Assembly (NCBI GenBank): GCA_013265495.1
Contig: MU063896.1
Span: 15,805,423 to 15,869,139 of the forward strand
Direction of reading: 5' to 3'
DNA: 63,717 bases
From: Vicugna vicugna
Lineage: Eukaryota
The notes beneath the pieces were generated by a model. It worked only from the letters and a program-made list of their open reading frames with translations. It searched no databases and was not told where the DNA came from. Positions 1-11,640 of the stretch are shown piece by piece. The position numbers were made by a program, and so were the translations under genes. Numbering within the stretch: the first letter of the stretch is position 1; every line of letters begins with the position of its first letter.

Positions 1-245
1 AGTTTCTGTAGATGGAGCCCAGATGGAAGGAGTGGAAAGGTGGTGATGGTAAAGTGAAGGTCAGCACCCCAGTCTTTCCTTTGAAGAGACTTTCTTTACT
101 GGGAAGGAGTTAATATGAAACTGTAATGTGTCGCAGGGTCTATTGTTTTATGACAGGACGATATAAGAACGTTGTTAGGCTGTAAGAAACGAATCCAAAA
201 GGTGAGGTTGGAGATTCAAGAGAAATGGTGTGTGAGAATGAGGGC
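1..245 (-). mobile_element. Degraded L2 LINE fragment (tentative)
   Basis: Purine-rich stretch resembling the reverse strand of L2 internal sequence; highly diverged. Confidence 0.35.
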
Positions 246-1180
246 AAACAAGTTGACTGTGTTTCATAGCAAATCAGGATTTTATCAGCACAGAAAACAG
301 AGAAATGCCATCACAGTTGCCTTGGTGGGTAGCAATATCTTCAATTTTGGAAGGCACCACTCCCCCCATCCCCCATTCACCCATCTGGACCCCTAGGGAG
401 CCCCCAAAGCACTGTTTCTGTAGTAGTTCCTGTTACAATCCTTGTTTTGTGGACTTTTTTTCTCATGAAGATGGTGATGACAAATATTTTGAGATACTCC
501 TGACATTTCCTTAGTCATCCATTTACAGAGGAAACGTCTGTGCAGAATTACCCCATCCTTCCCAGCAAATTTGCCTTTAGATTAATCTTCCCTCGGGCAT
601 CGGTTGGTGGGGCGGAGGGGAATGGATTGTAGCGAGGTGTTTCTCTGGGCCTGGGAAGTTTCTGCTCCGGAGTGTCAGGGACGGTGGGGGAGCAGGCACA
701 CACAGTTTCGTTTGTTTAATGACTAGCCTGAATGCTGGCCTGAGACAGGGGCTGGCAGCGCCTCTGGGAAGGTCTCCGGGCTGCTGTTCCCTTCTCAATC
801 CGCTCTCCCTCGGTGCTCGGAGAGGATGCGCTCCAGGCCTAGAGCGCGGGGACCATTTGGAGTCACCCCCTGCGAATCAGGGCTGGCTCACCTCCGCTGG
901 CTGCAGCTAGGGCAGGCGGGCTCGCTTCTACGGCTCTCAGGCCCGGGGATGCCCGGTCAAGGGCTCTATGGCTGTGATCTCTGGACAACCCCTGTAGGCG
1001 TTTCCACCGGGGTCGGGTCGGAGGTGAGCCCAGGCAGCGAGACCCCGCGCGTCGGAGGCTTGGCGTGCCCAGCTCGCGGCTCTCCCCGCTGCGCCGGAAG
1101 GTGCCAGGTAGGGTGGGCGCGCAGCGGGAGCGCCCGCTGCCCGCGGCTCCACTCCAGCCGGGCCGGCTAGCGGGAGCTGG

Positions 1181-1223
1181 GGGGCGGGGAGCCCGGAGCA
1201 CCGCCCCGCCAGCGCGCCCCGCC
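1181..1223. promoter_or_regulatory. Cluster of Sp1/KLF GC boxes
   Basis: GGGGCGGGG at 1181-1189, CCGCCCCGCC at 1201-1210, CCCCGCCC at 1216-1223. Confidence 0.65.
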
Positions 1224-1224
1224 C

Positions 1225-1435
1225 GTGGGAGAGGAGGGGCTGCGGCGAGGCGGACCACTGGAGGCGCAGCACCGCCGCCACCGCCGCTGTCCGTGCAGGA
1301 GACCGCGGCTCCACGCAGGCGGCGCCCGTGCCTCCGCTCCCCGGCCGGCCCGCGCGCCCGCCTGTCCGCCGGGGCTGTCTCCCGCCTCCCGCTGCTGCCG
1401 CCGCACGAGCCGCGGCACCGCTGCTTGTCTTGCAG
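1225..1435 (+). other. Probable non-coding first exon (5' UTR); start is estimated
   Basis: Follows the GC-box cluster, contains no ATG, ends at CAG|GTAGGT (1435/1436) inside the CpG island. Confidence 0.6.
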
Positions 1436-3493
1436 GTAGGTGTCCTGGCTGCGGAGGGGACCACTGGAGCGGCACTGTAGTGCCCGCACCACGGCCCGGG
1501 GGTATTGTGAGCGGCCGGAGGGCCCCGGACCTTGAGGGACCCGCGGCCGAGCCACCGGGCTTTGGGTCCCTGAGGCATCGCAGCCCTCCGGGGGCTCCGC
1601 TAGCCGAAGAGCCGGGGACGGTGGTGCCAGTCCCGCCCCGCGGCCGAGGTGGGAGGGGGCGTCTGGGTCACGGTCCCAGTTCGCCGCTCTCCCATCCCCC
1701 TCGTCGTGGGGAATTCCTGCTGCCGGCTCTCGCGCCTGCATCCCCCCTCGCCGCCCCCTCGCCCCGGCTCCCCCAGGCTGCTGGGATGGAAGCTGGGGCA
1801 GGGAGAGGGACTGATGTAATTGTCGGCGGAGAACCGAACCCGCGCGCCCGCGCCCGCTCCAGCTAACGCCTACGCCGCACCTTTCGGGGAAGCCGGGGAG
1901 CCGAGAAGAGCGGCTGGGGAAGTTGTGCATTGGGTTTTATTGTGCGCGTGCACTGCGGACTGCCCTCACGGGGCACCCCTGCCCACCCGCTGCTGGCTCC
2001 CCTGCAGCCTTCTCTGCAGCCTTCGTCCACACCCCCGGCCAGGGCCGAGCCCGCCTTCGCTGGTTCAGACTGGGATAGGGTTTGCATTGCAGTCAAGACG
2101 TGCTTCCCCTGCATCGAGCCGGGAACTGCTCGAAAATCGTGTGGCCGGGGAAGCTGGGGGAGGAGGGGATGGGAGACCTGAGGAGGAAGCCAGGGAGAAG
2201 TAATGACACCAGCACATTTTTTTCAAGCCACTGATGCATATAGACGCATCTGTATGACACCTATTAAGCTGTTTTTGAAAGTTATGACCAGATACTGATT
2301 TTGTGGCATATCTGTGATATACCTGAACGGTAGCTTAAACATAAACTAAAGCTGGGGAAAGCATTACATAATGAACATGAAGCAAATGACATGAAACTAA
2401 GTGAAACCCACTGGGTTGCCGAATTCTTTCTTTCTCCCGGGTGCAACGTCCTATATGCTTTTTCTCTATAAGAATTTACGTTTTTAAATCGCTGGACTAG
2501 TTTTAGCCAATTGTGATTTTTTTTCCAAAATGACAAAATAATTTTTCTTGACCATCTTGTCTTAAATTTAAAAATTGCATGCTAATGGATAGTTGTATAT
2601 CACAGAGCTGATTCATACGTGTGGTCTTTTTCCAAAGGTAAACGTTTTAAATATTCTGTCTTAATATCATTAACTTTATTTTCCTCTTGGTTGTATTTTT
2701 CCCCCTGCCTCCTCCCCCTTTGTTTTTTGGAAGCACTTCTACAATTTAAGGTCTGGGAGCTCACAGTGTTGATACTCCTATCCAATGCTACAGCATTGCA
2801 GATACAAAGACTAATAATAAATGAAACAGAAGACCTCACAGTAACTCAGAGTGAGCAGAGTTCCCAAGGTCGAAGGAAAGCTGCAGTGTAACTGGGCTAT
2901 AATCATCTACAGAGAATATGCATAGCCCTCTTTGGCTTAGAAGGAGGGCCCCAGTTGGTGGAATATTATTCCTACTATTTCTTTTAGCCCTGAATGTCAT
3001 GTGCTTCCCCCTAAAAATAATTTTTTTCTCAAAGTAGAAACAAAATATTCTGAAATTATAATCTTTGTATTTTTTTAGAAAGCCTAAAAATCCTGGTCTT
3101 GCTCATATTTTCAGTTTTGATGTTGATAACTCAATTATCCATTCAGTGGATGGGTTTCTTCCCAGATATCTCAGTTTCAAGTTATGATGCTTTATCAGAT
3201 GTCTTTTGGTTATGGTATAATGTGATTGTGCTGGACTTTTACAAGATTGCTTAATATAAGTTTTCTTGTCCTTAGATTGCCTGTACCTTATATTAGTTAA
3301 CTTTATTCCAAGAGGAAAAGTAAAGTCCTTCTAGGATGAATTGTTTGTTGTTGAAGATCTGTAGCATCACTGCAGAAATAGAATTAGGTTAATGCATAAG
3401 TAGATAAAAGTTTTTTGTGACTTATTCATGAAATTGTTGGACTAAGGAGATTTAAATTTTATTAAAATGCCTTGGTTAAGTAACATTCAGTAA

Positions 3494-3620
3494 CCATTCA
3501 ATGGATAATTACTTACTGAGCGCCGGTCTGTTGAAGACAATGGTCTAGGCATGTGGGAAATACAAATAAGAATGAAAAGACGTCCCTGCCCTCAGGAGTT
3601 TGTGGTCTCATTTGGAAGGA
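3494..3620 (-). mobile_element. L2 LINE 3' end
   Basis: cattcaatggataattacttactgagcgcc...gtccctgccctcaggagtt resembles the reverse complement of the L2 3' terminus. Confidence 0.7.
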
Positions 3621-3739
3621 TAAGGCATGAATTCTCAAAAGAGGGACTTTTGTTTTTAACTGCAAAGGCTAAGTAATAATTATTAGTTTGTTTTTAGTTT
3701 GTTTTTAATTTTGAAAAAAGGTCTCATACTGTTAGTGTC

Positions 3740-4077
3740 TGAGCCTTTTTTTCCCACTCAACATTATGTCACTAAGATTCATAGACACTGTACATAGTTC
3801 ATTGACTTACACTGCTGTGCAATATTCCATTATGTGTCTGTAACACGATATGTTTCCCTGCTTTCCTACTGATGGCCTTTTTTTTTTTTAAATGATTGCA
3901 AGGAGTACTGCTTTGATCATTCATGTTTCCTGAGGCACATGGGCAAGTGTTTCTCTTGGGTAAATACCAAGGTATAGAATTGTTGATTGTGTAGAATGTG
4001 TGTATATTCAACTCATAGATATTGCCAAATTATTTTCCAAAATACAATACCGTTTTTGAAATTGTACTGATTTACAC
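3740..4077 (-). mobile_element. Old L1 (L1M-class) 3' fragment
   Basis: cccactcaacattatg...gcaatattccatt...gggtaaataccaagg...ttgccaaattattttccaaa, typical antisense L1 ORF2-end/3' UTR. Confidence 0.75.
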
Positions 4078-4118
4078 AAGCCAGTGAAACAAGCAAACAA
4101 AACCATCAAATACAAACA

Positions 4119-4120
<2 letters not shown>

Positions 4121-4148
<28 letters not shown>
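4121..4148. repeat. (TG)14 microsatellite
   Basis: Perfect dinucleotide run read directly. Confidence 0.98.
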
Positions 4149-4150
<2 letters not shown>

Positions 4151-5964
4151 GAATTGCCTTTCCTTGGCATAGTGATTTGGAGAACATCTTGCTGGTAGTT
4201 TCAAAAGCAGCTAAATGACAATGTGGCAAATCTTTAATACAAAAAGAAAAAAAGAAAAAAAAAACCAGACGTCCCCAGGAAAAAAGCTTGTGCGTACCAA
4301 TAAAATCAGAAATTATCAAAATAGCTCATACGAGAATAAAGGACTCTGTAAGCCTCTGTTATTCAGGGAGGATTATCCATATCCCTTGCTTCAGTTACAC
4401 ATTCCTTATATCCCCTGATTAGATATATGTTAAATGATTTGAAATCCAAAATGTGCTTAGTAGCTTTGATCAAGAAAATGAACTAAAATTAAGTTAGGGA
4501 TAACTGACTTGATGTCCATCTCAGTTACTGAACTTGGTAGTCTGCCCTTTTAGTGTGGTTCTGAGTTTCCATGAGCTTTGAGGCAGTTCTGCATCCATCC
4601 ACTGGATTGCCAACCCCATGGCTGATCATGTTCATAGAGAGGTGACCAGTGTCTGTGGTTCTCATGTGGAGGTGACATGGCACACATCAAGTGCCTTTCT
4701 TCTTCATTCAGCCATCATTCATTGAACACATAGTATGTACCAGAAACCATATTAGGTGCTGGGTCATATGTTTGCCCTCAAGGGTCTACCCAAAACAGAA
4801 TCTACCAAAAACAAATTACTGTTGAATATGTATGCATGTGTGTGGGGTGAATCTGGCTTTGGTTTTAGAATTTGCATGAAGTATCTATTTTTTCTTTTGT
4901 TCCCTAAAGTTTTTCCAGATTTATGTTTAGACTTCCTTCAGTTGAGAGTGCTTTGGGGGAAAAAAAATGTAGCCCTTGCAAAGAACAGTTACTTTAAATG
5001 TAGTTTTATGTTACTGGCTTTTTAAAAGCAGAAGGCTTTAGAAGGACTTAGTCATGGTTAGTCCTTTTGTCATGAAGACACTTAAGTGTTATCAGATAGG
5101 AGAAAGACAGAGGTCAGGGGAAGGATAGTTGGATAGGTGAATTCATATTTTGGGGGAATGGAACATTACAGTGTTGAATGGAATTTTAGAGGAAAAGATA
5201 GAAAATAAACATAGATGAATGGTTATTAAGAGTTCCAACCTGGATATTACAGGGAACTGAGTGTGTGGAGTCATGAGGGTCTCAAGATGAAGTTTCTGGT
5301 GGGTTATATGAACCCATTTTCTTTTAAGTTTATATTCACTTTCTTTGTGTATAGTATGAATGTAGTTTTTATATTAAAATGAATTAGAATGTAAATGTTA
5401 ACTATCTGTAAAAGGATTATGTCAATGGGAGGGTGAATTACAGGAAGCAGAAATGTCCAAGGACTCTTTCTTCCTGTGGTTTGGCTGATTACTTGAAAGT
5501 AAAAACTCTCCTGTGTGAGGGAATTCCATCTGATAGGGCCAGTGTCGTGGAATATCTATATAGTAAGCTGGCAAAAGGCTGAGCTAGAAAGGAGGGCAAC
5601 CCAAGTAGCCTGATATTCAGGACTGTCTAAGGGATAATTGGGTTAGAGAGAAAAACTAAGTATGTAACGGAAATCTTAAAATAAGTGTAAGTAAGTAGAT
5701 AAATAAGCTTAAAAAATAAAAATAGGTTTAAATAGACAAAAAACATTCAAGTAAAATATTGGTGGATTATCATTTTATATGTGTTACCAGTGCCATGGGA
5801 CTGAGTACAAAGAATTCATGATTAATACACAAAAATTATCTTCTTCTTTAGAGATGATGGATTATATGTTTTTCTGTTCGAGAAAACCTACAGGTCAATT
5901 TGTAAACTATGTGAAGAAAGGACCCAGACACTGGAAATTCTTTTATTTGCTTGATGTGATGATG

Positions 5965-6095
5965 CTTGAGGTGTTAGAGCTGAAAGAGATTTGAAAAAAC
6001 CTTTTATTCCAATTCTAACCTCTCCCATTTTCTAGGTGGGAAAACTGTGGGCCAGAGACTTGCCCAGTGAGGCACTAGCTCCAGTTAGCAGAGAA
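5965..6095 (-). mobile_element. MIR SINE fragment
   Basis: cccattttctaggtgggaaaactgtgggccagagacttgcccag is an antisense MIR core. Confidence 0.65.
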
Positions 6096-7399
6096 TATGC
6101 CAAATAATTTACTTCTGTTGGTGGTGACAGGAAATAAAGTTCTTCCCCAAATGACGGATAGGTGAATAAGAAAATGAACCAACAGCAACCTCTGCAGTGG
6201 GATTTTAAGCTACCTTTCTATCGTTCTCCTTGAGTGGTTGGTGTGGGAAGTGAAATCAAGCATATTTTTAAAAACTTTTCTTATATTCTTATTTTAGAGA
6301 AAAGGCCTTGTTTTTGAGGAGATGATTAGAGGAATAAACATTGCAAATATCACTGTTTAAATTTTTTTGGTGCTTGCTGTTTTGATACCCACAGCTTTGT
6401 CTTTTAACCCAATAAACAGCAACAGACAGAGAAAATTAAATTATCTTGTGCCTCTCTCTTTTCCTTTGTGATTGTCTTTCCCTAAGCTAATATGAGACAA
6501 AAACGAAGTGTAGAGGGAATTGAGTCAGGAGTAGAATATCAACTTCTACTTTTTTATCTTGCATCTTATTGAGGCAATTCTCACTGTAGCTCTTGAGACC
6601 CATCCACCTTTTGGAGAATGTAGAAGTAGAAGGGAGAACAACAGCCTTATATTTTTAGAATCTTTTTTTTTTAAGTCAAACCGAAAATAAGCCTGGCCTC
6701 AATTTCCAGCAATAGCTTTATTTCATACTTCCTAAACCAGTGCTTAAGTTTTGTCATACATTTGAAGAACTTACCTTGATTTTTTTTTATACATAATAAA
6801 GTGTTGCTACAAGTAACATACTGTGACCAACTACTAAAGTTTGAACAATAAAGTATCTAAAAGAACATGAAAATTTTAAAAATTTTGTTACATGTCGTTT
6901 CTGGAGATAAAGTGAAGAGTCTGATTTTATTTTAAATTAAAATGACATTTTTGCTTTCTGTTTTATCTGTAGCAGCCAGACAAGCTTTTGCATATTTGCA
7001 CCCCATCAGGCAACAATCTGAACAGTTTTGGTTGTATCATTTCCCTAGAATAGAATAAGGAGCACAATGTGAGTGGCATGTTGATTATGAAAAGACATTA
7101 ATGAAATTCTTTTTGATCTCAATGAACTAAAAATTGAAGCAAGAACTATAAAGAGAGTGTGCTTTCCATGGTAGGTCAAGCAAATATAGCACTCATGTGA
7201 AACTCCATGAAGAAAGCAAGGGAGAAGGGAAGAGCAAAATCCACAAGAACTCAGGATAATGGAACGGGAAGGTCAGGGGAGGAAGTGGGTGGATATTATA
7301 ACCCAGCTTGTCCTCCAGTTTCACTTCAAAAAGTGCCAACAGAGGAAATAAAAGTGTGAATCTGAAGGCTTATGGAGATCAGATATTATAGAAGATTTC

Positions 7400-8400
7400 T
7401 TTATGTGTCTGTACACATAAAGAAAAAGCTTTTAAACATCTTGAAGAATACAGAAGGCATAAGATAAAAGATTGATAAATTAAACTTCAAGAAAAGATAG
7501 TATGTATAACAGGCAGGAGATGAACCTCACCACACCAGGAAGAAACTACTTATGACATGTCGTAGACTAAGGGTAACTCCTTAATATCCAAAGAGCTCCT
7601 CTGTGTCAACAAGAAAATATGACTAAATCTAATAGAAAAAGGGGCAAAGGAAAGGAACAAACAGTTCACAGAAAAGGAATCACTAGTGGCACTTAAATAT
7701 AAAATTATACTCAATTCAAGAAAAGACAAATGCAGTTTTAAACTATTTAGCCTATTAAATTGGCAAAGATCTTAACATTTGTTAATTCCTTATGGTGGCA
7801 AGGCTTTGAGGGAACTGAGAGGCTCATACATTGTTGGTAGGGGTACACAATGGCACAGCATCTATGGCTAGCAATTTGGTAATATTGCCAGCCATAAAAT
7901 TTAAAAATCCACCTACCTTCTCATCCCAGGAAATCTAAGAAATTTTTCTACAGATATACCTGTACATCGCAAAATGAATTTGCACCAAGACATTCATTGC
8001 AGCTTTGCCTGTAATGACAAGAGATTTAAAAAGAGCTAAATGCCCATCACTATGGGACTGGTTAAATAAGGAGCAGAAACAAAACCAGATAGCTGTTAAA
8101 AAGAATGAGATCGTTCTATATTTGCTGACGTGGAATGATCCTTGAGATGTAATAAGGTGCTGAGAAGTATATGGCTGTTGATGTTAAGTATAACTTTATA
8201 AGTATATTTTTATGCTTATGATAGTAGAGACTGTCTCTTGAAGGTGACACAATAAACTGGTAATGGTGATTTCCTCTGGGGAAGAGAACTGGGTGGTTGG
8301 GGTGGGGATGGGAAGGACACTTATTTAGCACACTAATTAATATAGTGCACCTTTTACTGTGATTTGAACATATTATGTATTCAAACCAAGATAATTTTTA
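7400..8400 (+). mobile_element. L1MC/L1ME-type LINE, ORF2 3' end and 3' UTR
   Basis: gggcaaaggaaaggaacaaacagttcacagaaaagg, ctcatacattgttggt, cattcattgcagctttg, aaaaagaatgag, G-rich 3' UTR tract. Confidence 0.8.
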
Positions 8401-8859
8401 AATTTCTTGGGAATCACTCTTATTGCTAAAGTATGTTAAGTAGTTGTAACCAATAGCATTCCCTTGGAACTTTCGGTCTATATAAGAACATGGTCATTGT
8501 CATAAAGACTCACCCTCACTACTACCCTGACAGGCTGATGTTCAAAAGAGGAGGGAAACCGGAAGCGGTTGCCCCTTGGGACAGAGTTGGCACACCTGGG
8601 TTCTCTGCAGTTCCTTGCCCTTGCCACTGTGTCCCCAGCTAACTGGTCTTCCTGGGGGAGGAGATCCAGGGGAGTTGATCAGGACCAAGGTGTACCCTGC
8701 TACAGGTGAGAGTTCAGGGAGAACAGACATTGAAGAAGGGGTGGCAGAAGCCCGAGACTGGGAGAGCACAGAAATGGAGATGGTATTAATTGCCACTCCA
8801 ACCCCATCAGATGCAGCTTCCAGTGGCAAAATAGAGAGAAATGTTATTTTATGGGCCAC

Positions 8860-8940
8860 AATCTTCAGAGCCTGCTATCCCTGAAGTTTGGTATGGTGTC
8901 CAGGAATCTGTATTTTTTAAAAGTGTCCATTCTGGGAATT
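8860..8940. mobile_element. MER5A-like hAT MITE fragment
   Basis: gtccaggaatctgtattttttaaaagtgtcc resembles the MER5A core. Confidence 0.4.
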
Positions 8941-9001
8941 ACTATCTCTTCCATCCTCCTTGTTTTATAGATAAGATGACCCCCTTCATCTCTTTAAAAA
9001 A

Positions 9002-9156
9002 ATTTTTTTTTGTTTTTGGTGTTTTGGGAGGAGGTAATTAGGGTTACTTATGTATTTTTAATTAATTAATTTTTTTTTATGTGGAGCTACTGAGGATTGA
9101 ACCCAGGACCTTGTGCATGCTAAGCACACACTCTACCACTGAGCTATACCCTCCCC
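9002..9156 (-). mobile_element. Camelid vic-1-type tRNA-derived SINE, full length
   Basis: Minus strand GGGGAGGGTATAGCTCAGTGGTAGAG...GGTTCAATCC...CCTAATTACCTCC plus A tail; A and B boxes; TSD cttcatctctt(t/g)aaa at 8984-8998 and 9161-9175. Confidence 0.9.
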
Positions 9157-10261
9157 AACTCTTCATCTCTTGAAATCCATTCCATGGAGTATTTTTATAA
9201 TTACTTCTGAAGCCATTTTTGGTATTCTACTCCTAAGCATATGCTTTCGTACGGTGATTGTTTCATCATGCCTTTGCCCTCCTAGAGTCTGCAAAGGGGT
9301 ACCTAATGTTAAACTATAGAATAGTAAGAAGGACAAAGCCAAGGAAGCAACTGAATGGTTAGTGGGTCATAACTTTGGGAAGAGTAATTATATGTTGATA
9401 TGACTTTAATAATCAATAATATGAATAATTATGGGTTATACTGAAGAAAAGGAAAAACTTGGTAACAATCAGAGGTATTGTGCTGCAAAATAATTTTCCT
9501 AAAAAGAAATGAATAGTTTAATTACCATCATGAATACATATTTATTCAAAGTTAATAGACATAGCCCTTCATCTGGAATTGGTAATTTTAAATCAGAATG
9601 GCATTCACCAGTTATACAGAGGAAAGGTCCTATACCGGTCTCTTTTAATCTTGAGACATGAAGTTAGGATTAAGTATTTACCCTAATAAATGAATCCAGT
9701 AAATAATATGCATTCTTTTTCTCTGTGGAAGTTCTGATATTTTAGTAGCTATGTTCTTTTCCAAACAAATTTATTTAGAAACTAAGAAGAATAGGCAGCA
9801 GCCTCGTAGTGGCACATCATGAGAAGCTTTTGATGTCAAAGTATGGTGATTTGAAGAGCAAAGAATGATATAGGTGGATGGGGAGCAGTCAGAGAAGCTC
9901 TTTATCACAGAAGAGGAGGCACTGGAAGGCTTTGTGGGGGATGTGTGGCGGTATCTGGAAGACCCTTTCCTTAACTTTCCAGGACTGTTGAAATTTCAGG
10001 ATGCATTGATCCTTACTCTGTGTATCTAGTGTATCTAATTCCTAATGGAGTTTTGTGCACAGGTTTAATCTGACATGAGTGAACGTTTACGTTTCTTTAA
10101 GAGATTCAGTAGTATATGTTAAATACATGTGAACATAGTATTGTGCTACACTGCTTCTTCTTGCCACACATCTAACTTCCTTTTTTTTCTTTTTCCGACA
10201 CATCTGTCTTTGCAAATAGCCTTCTGTGGTGCGGTGCTTTTTACCGCAATACACGCCTTTT

Positions 10262-10505
10262 GGAGGAGCAGTGTATTTTTGACAGGAAGAGCCCTGTAGC
10301 CCAGGGAGAGATCATGGATACCCAAGTTCTGTTCCCAGTCTCTCCACTTGTTAAGCATCTGACCCTGGACCAGTAACCTCTGGGAGCCTCATCTGATAAA
10401 TGAAGGCAAACAGTCATTGTTAGAGTGATCGCGTTTCCAATTAGTATGTGAAAACACTTAGAGAACTAGTAAGTCCTATGTAGATAGAAAGTACAATTAT
10501 TAATC
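10262..10505 (+). mobile_element. MIR SINE (degraded)
   Basis: ccaagttctgttccc...tgaccctggaccagtaacctctgggagcctcatctg...aaaacacttagag. Confidence 0.55.
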
Positions 10506-10799
10506 ATTACCTTAAATTCACATTTACCTAGAATCCAAATAACCAAAATAACTACACTTTTCCTGTAGACTTCTCCACTGATGACTGATTTAATGCTTAT
10601 CTGCCCTGTGGCACCGTAAATTCAGAAGTGACTTGGAAATAAGATACTAATTATGATTACATTTAGCAGGACTTTTTTTTTTAAGTGATCAGCAGCCTGG
10701 TTCTTTGAAAATTAGTTTATCACATGTACAAAGACTAAGTAGAAAAACCCAATTTCTGGCCAGTTTGGGGGAAAGCAGGCATCAGTCACTAAACTCAGC

Positions 10800-11460
10800 C
10801 CACCCCGGGAAGGGCTGCTTCCGTGGGTACTGCCCTTCCCCCTGCGCGCTAGAGGCTTTTTGTCCCTTCCCAGCCGCCGTTGCGCGACCATCGCCTTTTC
10901 CACGCCCCGGACGCGCTCTCCTTTTCTGTCTTACCAGTCCTTAACTGGTTTTTTGTGAAATTCCGCGGCAGTCTCTATGCCCTGCAACTCCTCAGTTTCT
11001 TGTCCTGTTCCACTGTGCGACTTCTTTTGGTTGCATCCTTGTATGTTTTGCCTTCCCAAGCAGGGTGGGGGTGGGCGGGCCCCTTTTTCAAGGCCGGGCC
11101 TCTTTACCACTCTTTTCTGTCTTTAAAGCTCCTGAGTGTCACTTGTTGGACGTTTGGTTGCTTCCCTTAGAGTGCACGTCCCTGCCCTGCGACCCTTCAT
11201 TTTTCTGACATCATCATGCAAAGAGGTGTTCCCCACAACTGATACCCCTGTTAAGCATGAACTCGCCCCCGCCTTAATTTTAAACCTTTTTGTTTTTAAA
11301 AAAAAAAACAGTTATCTCTCTAGAATGTTTTATATACCTCACTTTAAAAAAAAATTGCACGTAGAATCCCCAACAACAGAGCCCGCTAAAGTTTAAGTGA
11401 CGCTGGTTAACTCTAAGACTCCATTATTGTTCACGCCTGTAATAGAGGACTTCGGCTGTG
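10800..11460. promoter_or_regulatory. Secondary CpG-rich patch (candidate alternative promoter or enhancer)
   Basis: Retained CpGs in non-repeat sequence, GC boxes at 11073-11079 and about 11266-11274. Confidence 0.55.
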
Positions 11461-11567
11461 GGACAGCACGAATTGCTCCTTTACCAAATAACCCTAGAAT
11501 TCTTCTCCTTTTACTTTTAAGTAACTTTTTTTTTCTTTGAAGATCTTTTACTTTCTCCTTTCATTAG

Positions 11568-11640
11568 CCGTCAGCCTTCTGACACATGTACGTGCTGTCC
11601 TTCCACAAGATGAGCCTTCTGACACTTAAGAAATACAGAG
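11568..11640 (+). other. Candidate 73-nt exon
   Basis: Acceptor ttttactttctcctttcattag| and donor CAGAG|GTAATT; no transcript evidence available. Confidence 0.3.

Larger units (their letters stand above)
770..2150. promoter_or_regulatory. CpG-island promoter of an unidentified gene
   Basis: Very high GC and dense CpG against a CpG-depleted, AT-rich background; GC boxes; several consensus splice donors. Confidence 0.9.

Noticed and set aside
1225-1435. Naming the host gene
   Set aside because: No coding exon lies in the window and I do not recognise the 5' UTR; BLASTN of exon 1 against mammalian RefSeq RNA would settle it
863-1930. Long ORFs in the CpG island (355 aa on -, 213 aa on both strands)
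   Set aside because: Low-complexity Arg/Gly/Pro/Ala sequences overlapping in several frames, as expected where high GC suppresses stop codons; no recognisable domain
2393-2407. IRF/ISRE-like GAAACTAAGTGAAAC
   Set aside because: Spacing departs from the ISRE consensus; such matches are frequent in AT-rich DNA
9080-9156. tRNA gene call for the A-box/B-box sequences (also 37680-37754 and 42974-43035)
   Set aside because: They continue into SINE body, A-rich tail and TSDs, and lack a clean cloverleaf; they are SINE heads
9200-9720. Unique-looking stretch with short peptide-like frames (KDKAKEATEW)
   Set aside because: Frequent stops in all frames and no family recognised; cannot support a pseudogene call without a search
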